Positions 47,289 through 57,947 are shown, counted from the stretch's first letter. The stretch: DNA of 64,000 nucleotides from Candidatus Hydrogenedentota bacterium (GCA_963674865.2 CAXXYE010000003.1:1-64000), one strand, 5' to 3'. The notes: generated by a model not told the origin, from the sequence alone. A program made the numbers and translations.

Positions 47289-48308
47289 TTAGCGCCACCA
47301 GTTGGCCCGGAGGTAGTCGATGTAGAACTCGGCGTTCTCCACGGGGACATTGCTCGGGATGTGATTGCCCACCGCGAAGATGAAGCCGGGGCAAGGCAGG
47401 GCCAGTTCGAGTGTGGCGTCAATCTCGGCCTGGATGTCTTCCTTCGTCCCGAAGGTCATGGTGCGGCAATCCACCTTGCTGCCGGCAATCACGTGCGTTT
47501 GGCCGTACTTCTCGACGACGGGATCGAGGGCCGTCATCGGCTCGAAGATGAATCCGTGCGCGCCGGCGGCGGCGATGTCGTCTATAAACTGGGAGTAGGT
47601 GCCGTCGCTGCAATACAGGATCCGGATGCCGGCCGCGTGGAGCACGGCCCATAGCTCGGCATAGCGCGGGAAGATGACGCGCCGGTAAAAGTCCGGGTGC
47701 ATGAACGGCCCCTGCGTCCACACCATGTCGTCATGGCAGATGAACACCTTGATGGAAGTCTTGGCCCATGCCTTGATGTGGTGAAGGGTGAGGCGGAAGA
47801 AGGAATCGAGAACGTGTTCGAAGCGCTCCTGATCGGCCGCGGCGGCGAGGAGCATGTCCCAGCCGAACGTCTGGATCGCGCCCGAAACGATGGTTTTGTA
47901 ATAGCCGCCGGGGAAGATCCAATTGGGATGCGCCGCCTGTGTCTCCCGGTAGGACTTGTCGTAGTAGGCGATGAGTTCGTCCGTATCGGGAAGGCCGTAT
48001 TCCTGTACCGCGTCAAACTCGAGCACCTGCTCCGGATCGGTGAAGGGACTGGGCGTTGGTTGGCGCCGATCTACGCCGCCCTCGAGGAACTCGGCGTGGC
48101 CCATGTCGGTGACGCGTCCGCGCTCTTCCCAGGGGACGGGGCCGTCGTTGCAGTTCCACGTGAGATCGAATTCCCAGGCTTCCGGAAAGGAGCGCCCCGT
48201 TTCTCTCTCGATCTTGCGTTTAAGGGAGTCGTTGGAGCAGTACTCCGTATGAGCCAGCCGCTCCGTCGGCTTCAGATTAATCGTGTCCATTCCGATCTGG
48301 TAGCTCAT
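47289..48308 (-). CDS. Uroporphyrinogen decarboxylase-family protein
   Basis: CHDDMVW, LYCSDG, FIFEP and FAVGNHIP. Confidence 0.75.
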   Translation of the reverse strand: MSYQIGMDTINLKPTERLAHTEYCSNDSLKRKIERETGRSFPEAWEFDLTWNCNDGPVPWEERGRVTDMGHAEFLEGGVDRRQPTPSPFTDPEQVLEFDAVQEYGLPDTDELIAYYDKSYRETQAAHPNWIFPGGYYKTIVSGAIQTFGWDMLLAAAADQERFEHVLDSFFRLTLHHIKAWAKTSIKVFICHDDMVWTQGPFMHPDFYRRVIFPRYAELWAVLHAAGIRILYCSDGTYSQFIDDIAAAGAHGFIFEPMTALDPVVEKYGQTHVIAGSKVDCRTMTFGTKEDIQAEIDATLELALPCPGFIFAVGNHIPSNVPVENAEFYIDYLRANWWR

Positions 48309-48584
48309 GATGCTCCTCCGTCGCTACGCGCCTCAGGCAAGTGAACATAACCTTACGAATCCGTGAAGGGAAAATCCATCATTTCGTCATGCGTTCCAGC
48401 GGCGGACTGTAATCCGCCGATACCGCTACGTGTCCCCCTTTCCGAGGATAACGGGATTTGCAGGATGTTTTGAGTGCCCATTCGCGCGTACTCAGTGGCA
48501 ACATGCGCGGTTCCTCATCCCTTCTCTCTCTCTACGCTATCCTCTCTCGTATCCGCTCAATCCTGTTATCCCGTCCAAGAAGAA

Positions 48585-48647
48585 GCAAAAAGCGGGCACT
48601 GGCGCAAGCGAAGTCCGCCTCAGGCGGACGAAGACGTGTCTTTTCGC
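48585..48647. repeat. REP-like element, family A (reverse orientation)
   Basis: gtccgcctcaggcggacgaagacgtgtc core. Confidence 0.65.
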
Positions 48648-48745
48648 TGGTGGCACGTACCGGTTTGGGAATTACGCGGGCGGGCGGGATTGTTCTATCA
48701 GTCAATGGCCATATTCTTGGCTCGACGCTCTCTTGGAATGGTAAG

Positions 48746-49837
48746 ATGCACGCCAACTGGATGGATAATTCCTTGATCAGCACGGACGAGATACAAAGCT
48801 GGCTCAGCGAGGAGGAGCCAGCGCGGCTGGAGACGCTCTGGCGGCGGGCGAACGCCGTGCGCCGGGAGTGCGTGGGCGAGGAGGTCCACCTGCGCGGATT
48901 GATCGAGTTCTCGAACTACTGCGCGCGCCAATGCGCCTACTGCGGACTCCGCGCTCCCAACAAGGCCGTGGAACGCTATCGCATGACGCAGGATGAGGTG
49001 ATGGACTGCGCCCGCCAGGCCGTCCGCTACGGCTACGGAACCGTGGTGCTGCAATCAGGCGAAGACTACGGCATCACCGGGGAATGGATGGCGGAGGTGA
49101 TCCGGCGCGTCAAGGCGGAGACGCCGCTGGCCATCACGCTCAGTCTGGGCGAGCGAAGCGACGCCGATCTCCGCCTCTGGCGGGAGGCCGGGGCGGACAG
49201 GTACCTCCTGCGGTTCGAGACGTCCAACAGGCGCTTGTTCGACATCATCCATCCGCCGCGCGCGGGCGAGCACTCCGATCGGGTGGCCATCCTACGCACC
49301 TTGGCGGAACTCGGCTACGAGGCCGGCAGCGGCGTCATGCTCGGCATTCCCGGACAGACGTATGACGATTTGGCGAGGGATATCGCGCTGTTTGCCGAAC
49401 TGGACTTGGACATGATAGGCGTGGGGCCGTTCATCGCCCATCCGGGCACGCCGCTCGGCGAGGCCGGGGCGGAGGGGCAGGCCCCTGAAGGCGAGCAAGT
49501 CCCCAACACCGAGCTGATGACATACAAAGTCGTGGCCCTCACGCGGCTGGCATGTCCCTACACGAACATCCCGAGCACCACGGCGCTGGCCACCCTCAAC
49601 CTCGCGACGGGCCGCGAGAAGGGCCTCGAACGCGGCGCGAACGTGGTGATGCCGAATCTCACGCCCCCCAAGTACCGCCTGCTCTATGAGATCTATCCCT
49701 CCAAAGCGTGCATTCACGAGACGGCGGGCGAGTGCCATCGCTGTATGACACGCCGTATCGAATCCATCGGCCGCACCGTCGGCAAAGGCCGCGGGGACTC
49801 GCCCAACAAGCTGCGCAGAATGACGGCGGTGAAGTAG
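48746..49837 (+). CDS. hydE: [FeFe]-hydrogenase maturase HydE (radical SAM)
   Basis: LRGLIEFSNYCARQCAYC, VLQSGED, YLLRFET, GANVVMPNLTP and YEIYP. Confidence 0.92.
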   Translation: MHANWMDNSLISTDEIQSWLSEEEPARLETLWRRANAVRRECVGEEVHLRGLIEFSNYCARQCAYCGLRAPNKAVERYRMTQDEVMDCARQAVRYGYGTVVLQSGEDYGITGEWMAEVIRRVKAETPLAITLSLGERSDADLRLWREAGADRYLLRFETSNRRLFDIIHPPRAGEHSDRVAILRTLAELGYEAGSGVMLGIPGQTYDDLARDIALFAELDLDMIGVGPFIAHPGTPLGEAGAEGQAPEGEQVPNTELMTYKVVALTRLACPYTNIPSTTALATLNLATGREKGLERGANVVMPNLTPPKYRLLYEIYPSKACIHETAGECHRCMTRRIESIGRTVGKGRGDSPNKLRRMTAVK

Positions 49838-49864
49838 CCTCGCCTCTCGGCAACCGTGCCGTCC
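49778..49864 (+). repeat. hydE 3' end, direct repeat copy 1 (copy 2 at 51935..52021)
   Basis: 87 bp, of which the last 30 bp are identical in both copies. Confidence 0.85.
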
Positions 49865-50174
49865 CCCATCTATTTCCAGAGTCGCGAACGCTATCCAACT
49901 CCACTTCTGGCCCTCAACTCACCAATGAGCCAAACAGCGAGTGCGAGAATCTCTGCGAAACTTCTGCAATACCATCCCCCTTGCCTCCGTGCCATGTCTG
50001 CCTTATACTGTGCTATCATCAGGACGCGGAAACTGGCGGCAATAGCCTAACGTCCTGTAAAGAAAGGCTTTATGGGAGTTCCGTCGGGGGTCTTATACCG
50101 CGATGGCCCGGCCCAGAGGTCTAATAAGGAAGCCATATGAACGTTGTTCGAGCAAGAGGACTAATGGAATCTTC

Positions 50175-50953
50175 ATGAACGAGCCTTCCCGCGTTTCTGG
50201 GAGATATTCTTCGAGGTCTTCGAAGCCCTGCCCAGGCAGGGCCCCGGCAATCGTGACTGCGCCGTAAGAGCGCTCCGTTTTTGCGAAGGGCTCCCGCATG
50301 CACCGGCAGTCCTCGACCTGGGCTGCGGAGTTGGTGGACAAACCTTGCAGCTCGCCGAACTCACATCGGGCTTCATCACAGCAATCGACAGCCATGCTCC
50401 GAGCATTGAACGTCTCAAGAAGACTCTCGCCGCGCGAGGTCTCTTGCAGCGCGTTCAGGCGCAGGTTGGCGACATGGCGCATCTAGAGCTGTTGCCGGAA
50501 AGCTTCGACCTTATCTGGTCCGAAGGCGCGCTGTACAACATCGGGATTGGTAACGCCCTGCGCACCTGTCACGGCCTGCTGCGGCCCGGTGGCTACCTCG
50601 CTTTCACCGACGCGGTCTGGCGCAAGGACGACCCACCACCCGAGGTCAAAGCGATCTTTGAGTACCCGTCCATGGGGTGGGCCGATGATATCGTGGCGGC
50701 GACACAAGACTGCGGATTCGAGCTGGTTGGGCACTTCACACTTCCTGACGAAGCGTGGTGGGTCGATTTCTACACTCCTATGGAGACTCGCATCACGGAG
50801 TTGCGTGGCAAGTATGCCGACGATGTTGAAGCCTCAACCATACTCGATCAACTCAGCCAAGAGCCTGAAATGCATCGCAGATATTCGGACTTCTACGCCT
50901 ATGAGTTCCTTGTGGCACGTCGTCCCCTTGCGCAATCGGGCGGCCGGGATTAG
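50175..50953 (+). pseudogene. Class I SAM-dependent methyltransferase, frameshifted at a C run near 50190
   Basis: ATG at 50175 (MNEPS) is out of frame with PRFWEIFFEVFEALPRQGPG...VLDLGCGVGGQT...FDLIWSEGA. One extra C restores the frame, so this could be a sequencing error. Confidence 0.7.
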
Positions 50954-50960
50954 TAAAGGA

Positions 50961-51012
50961 CTTGAACAGGGCGCTCCAGCGGGGCGAAGCCGCTGGACCT
51001 CGATCGTTGAGA
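50961..51012 (+). other. attC-like integron cassette recombination site
   Basis: ...AAC-agggcgc-TCCAGCGG-ggcgaag-CCGCTGGA-cctcgatc-GTT..., located between the MTase stop and the next start. Confidence 0.5.
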
Positions 51013-51022
51013 GGGTGGTAGA

Positions 51023-51916
51023 ATGAAGATCGTCGCGGACTGGCACATCCATTCGCAGAATTCGTGCGATCAAGCTTGCATGACTCTTGCCGACCTTGTC
51101 GCCGAGGCCGACACCAAAGGCATCCGTGATTTGGGCCTTACGGATCATCTGCACACGCCCTACAACCTGCCGGATGTTGCCAAATCCCGAGCGGAATTCC
51201 TCTCTATCGGGCCTTCTCCCCGTTTCCATTTTGGCATCGAAGTAAGCTGTGTGTCGCAGTGGGAGCTTGAGGAAATAGCACGTGGAGAGTACCAAGATCC
51301 CACCTACGGGTTGCGCTCAGGAGGCCGAGCCGGGTGCGAATTGGCCATCGGGATCACGGCGGAACATATCCGGGCCTATCAGATCGAATATGTCGTTGGC
51401 GGCACACACTGGCCCCTGTACGTTCCCATGGAACGCCAAGCCGTCATCCGGGATTATCACCGACAAAACATGTTTCTGGCGACGCATCCGCTCGTGGATA
51501 TTGTCGCCCATTCCTGGTGGTGGATGGGACATTGGCAGGACAGCAACGGGGACTACCCGGCCGAGCCCTGGTTTGACGATTTTGGTGTGATTCCCTGCTC
51601 GATGCACAATGAGTTTGCCGCCGCAGCGGCGGAGTCCGGCACGAAGGTGGAAATCAACATTGGGGCCAACCTCCTCAATCCGCATTATCCCGAGAGGTTT
51701 GTCGCCGCATACTTGGAGTACCTGTCAGAACTGCAATCGCAAGGAGTCTGCCTCAGCATCGGTTCGGACTGTCACTCCGCTCACTATGACGTCGATTTCG
51801 ACAGGGCCGCTCACATGTTGGAAGGTGCAGGAATCATTGATGACTTCTGGTGTCTTGGGCCGAGAACAAACGAGAACAGGGCTGCCAAGAAGCCAAATGC
51901 ACGCGACGGCTCATAG
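51023..51916 (+). CDS. PHP-domain phosphoesterase
   Basis: DWHIHS, LTDH, GIEV and GSDCH. Confidence 0.85.
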   Translation: MKIVADWHIHSQNSCDQACMTLADLVAEADTKGIRDLGLTDHLHTPYNLPDVAKSRAEFLSIGPSPRFHFGIEVSCVSQWELEEIARGEYQDPTYGLRSGGRAGCELAIGITAEHIRAYQIEYVVGGTHWPLYVPMERQAVIRDYHRQNMFLATHPLVDIVAHSWWWMGHWQDSNGDYPAEPWFDDFGVIPCSMHNEFAAAAAESGTKVEINIGANLLNPHYPERFVAAYLEYLSELQSQGVCLSIGSDCHSAHYDVDFDRAAHMLEGAGIIDDFWCLGPRTNENRAAKKPNARDGS

Positions 51917-51941
51917 CCGCGCGTGATCCGCGGCGTCGGCA
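51882..51941 (+). other. Degenerate attC-like site
   Basis: gccaagaagccaaATGCACGCGacggctcatagcCGCGCGTGATccgcggcgtcggca is an imperfect palindrome overlapping the PHP stop. Confidence 0.45.
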
Positions 51942-52021
51942 AGGACCGGGGTGATTCCTCCAACAAGCTGCGAAAAGCGTCGGCCGTCAAATAGCCTCGC
52001 CTCTCGGCAACCGTGCCGTCC
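51935..52021 (+). repeat. Diverged duplicate of the hydE 3' end
   Basis: Encodes VGKDRGDSSNKLRKASAVK*, compared with hydE VGKGRGDSPNKLRRMTAVK*. Confidence 0.85.
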
Positions 52022-52470
52022 AGGAGTCCTTCGAACTCGCGTCCCAGCGCCTGCGCGACCTTGTTGGCCACGCGGGGATTGCGCGTTCGCCGGAGGCGAA
52101 TTGCCGACTGGCAGGGACGTGTCCCGTGGAACGCGGCCGCGTTCAACACAGGCCGAAAGATGCGGCTCGTGCCGGACGTATCGAATGGCCGAGTGCTTGC
52201 CCTCACCGGTGAGGATGGGCGCCAGGGCGCGCCTCGTTGGTTTCCTTGCCGCCGAAGATACCGAGTTGCTTCAGAATCATGGTTCGGGTTTCTTGTTGTC
52301 TTGGGAGTTAGCCCAATGCTGGCCTCGTCTTCGGGGTGTCATGCGAGTTTCACGTTGCGCACTGACGCAGTTGAAACCGTCAGTCTTGAGATGCAAAACT
52401 GGATGCGGCAAGTAGGCCGGGGTTTGCTGCCGTCCCGCAGGACAACGACAGGGGAGGATTTCCTGGACTG

Positions 52471-54690
52471 ATGGGTGAGGCGAGAAGCGACAAAAAGAAA
52501 TTCTCTGAAGCCAGTCGACTCTATGCGCAGGGAGAGTATCAGCAGGCACTCATGCTCCTTGAAGAGCTGCGCGCCGCCTATCCCGGCACGCAGAACATCA
52601 TGTTTCCCATTGCTCTATGTCTACGAAAGCTCGGCAAGCATCAAGAAGCTGTCCGGCTCTGTAAAGAGCTCGTCGAGAAGTTTCAGCATTCCAAGGCCAA
52701 AGAGCTCAAGCAAGAGATCCTCGCTAACCTCCGCCAACAGCGGAAAACCGCGCCACTCCAAACGGGCTCGCTCAAGAAGACCCCGAGCAAGCAAGCACGT
52801 CACGCAAAGAACGGCAATGAGCCGCGTGATAATGTGCGGCGGCGCGGCGTATTCAAGCTGAAGAGAGAAGAACTCATGACGCTTGCAGAGAACGACCCCG
52901 ATGAAGCAGTGCGGGAGGCTGCGGCGCGGCGTCTGGAGGAGGCATATCCCAAATGGCAGCACCCAAATCCCGAAGTGCGGCTACAGGCTATTGCCGAACT
53001 ATGCGACGAAAAGATCCTATCGAACCTCGCACAGGGACACGCTGACGAAGCTGTACGCGAAGCCGCCTCGCAGCGCCGGGATCAGGTGCGCCAGGAGAAT
53101 CGGTTGCTCAGCTCGTTTCAAACGTTCAACACATGGAAGCATGAACTCACTTCTGACGAGATCATGTTTGGACTCGTGAGGTCCGTGTGTTTGAGCTCTG
53201 ATGGGCGACTTGTGCTAGCAGCAGGTACGGAAACAGTGAAAGTGTGGAGTGCAGAGACCGGTTCCTTACTCCGTACGTACGAAGGCCACGCCGGAGAGTC
53301 ATGCTGTCAGTTGCACTCCGTCAATATCAGCGAGGACGGGCAATGGGTTCTGTCTGGAAGCGCTGGCAGTGTGCAGCTATGGAACGTCGAAACGGGTGAG
53401 TGCACATATACATTCCGCGGCCCCACACCACTGGCAATCGAATCAAGTCACCTGAGCGCGAATGCACAATGGGCCTTGTCCGGAGGCGTGGATAAGACAG
53501 TGAGGATCTGGGAGCCCAAGCACGGTGGACGTAGAAGTACTCTTAAGGGCCACACTGACGGGGTTAACGCCGTCTGCCTGAGCGCGGATTCCAGATGGGC
53601 TCTATCCGGAAGCCTGGACAAGACCGTGCGCCTATGGAATGTGGAGAGCGGCGAGTGCACCCGCATCTTAGAGGGCTCCACCGGCGGGGTCAGGGCCGTG
53701 TGCCTGAGCGCGGACGGACGCCGTGCCCTCTCGGGAGGCGGTGACAGCACCGTGCGGCTCTGGGACCTGGAGGCGGGCATCCGCATACACACTCTAATAG
53801 GCCATACGGGCGACGTGACCAGCGTTTCGATGAGCGCGGACGGACGATGGGCCCTGTCCGGCAGCTCTGAAAGTAGCGTCCGACTTTGGGATTTGGAGGC
53901 CGGCAAGTGTATGCGCACTTTTGAGGAACGTGATTTCAGCGCATACTCCGTTTTCCTCAGCGCAGATGCGCGGTGGGGAGTGTCCGGTGGCTATGGCGAC
54001 ACCGTGAACCTGTTGAGGCTCGCGCCCCTTACTCTGGGAGAACCGCCACTATCGGAGATTCTCGCCTCTCACCCGGGCGCACTCGATGTCGCGAGAGACG
54101 CAGAGCCGACTTTGGGGGCGCTCTCTGAACCGCCGAAGAAATCAGCCGAACTTAAGTTCTACGGGCGGTGCTCTCATAGGGCAGGAGTATGTCCGAAGTG
54201 CTGTTTGCACTGCGCCGTTGAGGCCGGCAGTATCAGCGACGTGAGAAGTCTGCTTGCGGCCAACGCAGATCCCAACCTGCTCTGGGTAGACGGGGGCCCA
54301 CTGCACTACATATGGCATGGACCGGAATATGGCCCTGACACTCTTGACAGTCTCTTGAGGATCCTCATCGAAGCCGGTGCGGACATAGAGCAACGCAATT
54401 ATTACGAGCAGACGCCATTACACCTCGCTGTCGTCAATGGCCGGCTTCCAGTGATCGAGAGACTGCTTGCGATGGGGGCTTCCAGAAAGACCACCGACCT
54501 TGATGGGAATAATCTGCTCCATTCTGCAGTTCTGTCCGATATCCCCAGATGTCAGCAGAATCGCAGACAGATCATCAGTGCTCTCATTGAGTCCGGCGTG
54601 AGCACATTGGACTGCAACGCTCGCGGTGAGACTCCGAAGGAACTCGCTAAGTCGAAAGGACGCTCAGGGTCGGTTGTCAGGATGCTGTGA
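52471..54690 (+). CDS. TPR - HEAT-like - WD40 - ankyrin multidomain protein
   Basis: N-terminal TPR, EAVREAA repeats, about 7 GH...WD/WN repeats and TPLHLAV ankyrin repeats. Confidence 0.85.
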   Translation: MGEARSDKKKFSEASRLYAQGEYQQALMLLEELRAAYPGTQNIMFPIALCLRKLGKHQEAVRLCKELVEKFQHSKAKELKQEILANLRQQRKTAPLQTGSLKKTPSKQARHAKNGNEPRDNVRRRGVFKLKREELMTLAENDPDEAVREAAARRLEEAYPKWQHPNPEVRLQAIAELCDEKILSNLAQGHADEAVREAASQRRDQVRQENRLLSSFQTFNTWKHELTSDEIMFGLVRSVCLSSDGRLVLAAGTETVKVWSAETGSLLRTYEGHAGESCCQLHSVNISEDGQWVLSGSAGSVQLWNVETGECTYTFRGPTPLAIESSHLSANAQWALSGGVDKTVRIWEPKHGGRRSTLKGHTDGVNAVCLSADSRWALSGSLDKTVRLWNVESGECTRILEGSTGGVRAVCLSADGRRALSGGGDSTVRLWDLEAGIRIHTLIGHTGDVTSVSMSADGRWALSGSSESSVRLWDLEAGKCMRTFEERDFSAYSVFLSADARWGVSGGYGDTVNLLRLAPLTLGEPPLSEILASHPGALDVARDAEPTLGALSEPPKKSAELKFYGRCSHRAGVCPKCCLHCAVEAGSISDVRSLLAANADPNLLWVDGGPLHYIWHGPEYGPDTLDSLLRILIEAGADIEQRNYYEQTPLHLAVVNGRLPVIERLLAMGASRKTTDLDGNNLLHSAVLSDIPRCQQNRRQIISALIESGVSTLDCNARGETPKELAKSKGRSGSVVRML

Positions 54691-54821
54691 GCGTGGCCCA
54701 TCGGTAGTGTGATGAGCGTCAATCCGCTGGATGGAGGCGGGTGATAAAGGGGGCAGCAAGCCGTTATTTCCCAACGCCGCGAAATGCCACATCCAATTCC
54801 GGGCAGTCGGTGCAGCCGTAC

Positions 54822-56063
54822 TCACGCGTGTTGCCGGTATACCTCGAGGGCGGCGGGGAAGGGTTCGAGGGCGCGTTCGAAGATGCCGAGGCTGTAGGCG
54901 ATCACCAAGCCGTAATTCGAGATGGGCACGCCGGCTTGGCGGCAGCGCAGGATGCGGCTGAGCATTTCCCGCCGGTTGGATGTGCACGCGCCGCAGTGGA
55001 TCACGAGTTTGTAGGGCGACAGATCCTCCGGGAAGTCGTGGCCCTGCACGTGCTCGAATTCGAGCTTGCCGCCGACGTATTGCGTGAGCCAGCGGGGGAT
55101 TTTTACGCGGCCGATGTCGTCGGCGATGGGATGGTGGCTGCAATGCTCCGCGACGAGGACGCGGTCGCCCGTCTTGAGCTTGTCCACCGCGACCGTGCCC
55201 TCGACCTGGGCGGTGAGGTCGCCCCGGAAGCGGGCGAAGAGGATGCTGAAGCTCGTCATGGGGATGTTGGGCGGCGTGTCGGCGGCCACCTTCAGGAAGG
55301 CTTGCGAATCGGTGACGACGAGCTTCGGGGGAACCTTCAGGCGCTCCAGGGCGGCGCGAAGCTCGCGCTCCTTCACCACCATGCAGAAGGCGTCGCTGTC
55401 GAGCAAGTCACGTATGGACTGCACCTGCGGCATGATCAGGCGTCCTTTCGGCGCTTCCTTGTCGATGGGGACGACGAGCACGGCCATCTCGCCCGCCCCG
55501 ACGAGGTCGCCGAGGATGGCGGGGTGGGTGACGAACTCCTCCGGCGCGGCTTCGAGCAGGGCCTGGCGGAAGTCCAGTATGCCGCGCCCGCTGGGGGCGT
55601 TGGTGCGAACCATGCGGACGTTGAGGCCCGTCAGGCGCTCGACGATGCCGGGATTGGGCTCCTGGAGGTCGATCTTGTTGAAGACGACGACAATGGGGAC
55701 ATTGCGCGCGGCGAGTTCCTCGAGAATGCCGTCTTCGAAGGGCCCCCAGTGGCCGGCCTCGACGACGATAACGCCCAGGTCGGTGCGCTCGAAGACTTGA
55801 CGCGTGCGATCGACGCGGAGTTCCCCGAGGGCCCCGATGTCATCGATGCCGGCGGTGTCGATGAAGAGCACCGGGCCGAGCGGCAGGAGTTCCATGGGCT
55901 TCTCGACGGGGTCGGTGGTGGTGCCGGCCTGATCGGACACGATCGAGACCTGCTGGCGCGTGATGGCGTTCAGCAGGCTCGATTTGCCGACGTTCCGGCG
56001 TCCGAAGAGGCCGATGTGAAGACGAAAACTCTTGGGGGCCTTCTGCACGATGTCATTCCTCAC
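54822..56063 (-). CDS. hydF: [FeFe]-hydrogenase maturation GTPase HydF
   Basis: GRRNVGKSS, DTAG, NKID, APKGRLI and the CSH...HCGAC cluster motif. Confidence 0.96.
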   Translation of the reverse strand: MRNDIVQKAPKSFRLHIGLFGRRNVGKSSLLNAITRQQVSIVSDQAGTTTDPVEKPMELLPLGPVLFIDTAGIDDIGALGELRVDRTRQVFERTDLGVIVVEAGHWGPFEDGILEELAARNVPIVVVFNKIDLQEPNPGIVERLTGLNVRMVRTNAPSGRGILDFRQALLEAAPEEFVTHPAILGDLVGAGEMAVLVVPIDKEAPKGRLIMPQVQSIRDLLDSDAFCMVVKERELRAALERLKVPPKLVVTDSQAFLKVAADTPPNIPMTSFSILFARFRGDLTAQVEGTVAVDKLKTGDRVLVAEHCSHHPIADDIGRVKIPRWLTQYVGGKLEFEHVQGHDFPEDLSPYKLVIHCGACTSNRREMLSRILRCRQAGVPISNYGLVIAYSLGIFERALEPFPAALEVYRQHA

Positions 56064-56154
56064 TCGTGACTAAGCCGCCAGCGCTGCTGGTGGGAATCGA
56101 CACGGCTTTGCCGTGCCGGCGTTTCTTTCTGACGGGATAACGGGATGTGCCCAA

Positions 56155-56408
56155 ATCCGGAGGCTCGAAGCCCGCGCCGCAATATGCAGGCTGGAAGCCT
56201 GCGCCACAATACGCAAGCCGGAAAACCGCTCCACAATCCGGAGGCTGGAAGCCTGTGCCACAATAGGGCCCTTCTCTGGACTTTGGCGAGCGCGCCGGAG
56301 ATTGTAGCGCAGGCATCTTGCCTGCCGGAGATTGTGGTGCAGGCATCCTGCCTGCCTTCGGCGCGCGTGCTTGGGATGCAGGACCACGCCCACCTGCGGA
56401 TTCTGGGA
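56155..56408. repeat. Composite REP-like element
   Basis: Multiple ggctggaagcc units; similar to 38967..39129. Confidence 0.8.
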
Positions 56409-56511
56409 TGTGCAACACACGTTGATCTTACGATTCCCTTGCTTGGCTTGTGCGGAGAAGGGCCAATTCTGTGAATCTTGTACATCCTGTCCAAAAAGCT
56501 CTTCGGCCCGC

Positions 56512-57933
56512 TCAATCGGCGGGCGGCACGGGCGGCGTGCCCAGCCGGCAGACGGCCTCGGGACTGATGCGTTCGTCGAATTGCTCCTCCGTGAGCCATC
56601 CTTCGGCCAACACGACCTCCCGGATGGTTTGCCCTGTCCGTTGGGCGGTTTGGGCCACGGCACAGGCCCGCTCATAGCCTAAGGCGGGCAGCAGCGCCGT
56701 GACGGTAGCAGTCGAACCGTCCACATGGGCGCGGCACCGGGCCTCGTCGGCCTCGATGCCCTCGACGCAATGGACGCGAAGTACATCGCACGCCCGGGCG
56801 AGCAGGGCGCAACTGTCGAGCAGGCACGCGGCCACCAGCGGCAGGAACGCGTTGAGTTCAAGATTGCCCGCGGCGCACGCGGCGGCGATGGTGGCGTCAT
56901 GGCCCATGACAAGCATGGCCACTTGGCTGACGGCCTCCGGGATCACCGGATTCACCTTCCCCGGCATGATGGAGGAGCCGGCCTGTTTAGCCGGCAGGCG
57001 GATTTCGCCGAGCCCCGCCTCGGGCCCCGAGGAAAGCAGCCGCAGATCCGTGCACACCTTGAGCAGCGACGCGGCGCAGGCCTTGAGAATGCCGGATACT
57101 TCAACGAAGACATCCGCGTTCTGCGTGGCCTCGACGAGATTCTCCGCGCGGGCGAAGCCGATGCCGGTGAGTTCGCGGAGGGATTCCACCACACGGAAGA
57201 TGTATTGCCGGGGGGCGGCGAGGCCGGTGCCAATGGCCGTGCCGCCGAGATTGACGACGCGCAGCCGCTCTTCGCACTTGTAGACGCGCCAGCGATCGCG
57301 CGAGAACGCTTCGGCGTAGGCGCCCATCTCGCGTCCGAGCGTGGTGAGCACGGCGTCCTGGAGTTGCGTGCGGCCGACCTTGACGACGTGGGCGAATTCC
57401 TTCTCCTTGGCCTGAAAGGCCTCCTGCAAGGATACGAGGCGCTCTTCGAGCACGTGCAGGAGGCGGATGGCGGCCAGTTTCAGGGCCGTCGGGAACGTGT
57501 CATTCGTCGATTGGTGGCGGTTGACGTCGTCGAGAGGCGAAACACGCTCATACCGGCCGTGCGGTTCCCCGAGTAGTTCGAGGGCGCGGTTGGCCAGCAC
57601 CTCGTTGACGTTCATGTTGGTGCTCGTGCCGGCGCCGCCTTGGAGCCTGTCCACGACGACGTGCTCGGTGAGTCGCCCTTCGGCCATCTCGGCACACGCC
57701 CGCACGATGGCGTCGGCCTTGGCGTCGTCGTCTCGCCAGACGCCGAGGGCCTGGTTGGTGAGGGCGCACGCCTGCTTCACGACGCCATAGGCCGCGACGA
57801 GTTCAGGATGCACGGGCCCGGCGCCGAGTGGGAAGTTCTCGAGTGCGCGCGCCGTATGGACGCCGTACATCGCGTCCTCGGGCACCGGCTTCTCGCCCAG
57901 CAGGTCGTGCTCAGTGCGATGGGGCTGGGACAT
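56512..57933 (-). CDS. aspA: Aspartate ammonia-lyase family protein
   Basis: QGGAGTSTNMNVNEV, QSTNDTFPT, GRTQLQDA and GSSIMPGKVNP. Confidence 0.88.
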   Translation of the reverse strand: MSQPHRTEHDLLGEKPVPEDAMYGVHTARALENFPLGAGPVHPELVAAYGVVKQACALTNQALGVWRDDDAKADAIVRACAEMAEGRLTEHVVVDRLQGGAGTSTNMNVNEVLANRALELLGEPHGRYERVSPLDDVNRHQSTNDTFPTALKLAAIRLLHVLEERLVSLQEAFQAKEKEFAHVVKVGRTQLQDAVLTTLGREMGAYAEAFSRDRWRVYKCEERLRVVNLGGTAIGTGLAAPRQYIFRVVESLRELTGIGFARAENLVEATQNADVFVEVSGILKACAASLLKVCTDLRLLSSGPEAGLGEIRLPAKQAGSSIMPGKVNPVIPEAVSQVAMLVMGHDATIAAACAAGNLELNAFLPLVAACLLDSCALLARACDVLRVHCVEGIEADEARCRAHVDGSTATVTALLPALGYERACAVAQTAQRTGQTIREVVLAEGWLTEEQFDERISPEAVCRLGTPPVPPAD

Positions 57934-57947
57934 GTAAGGCAATCCGA

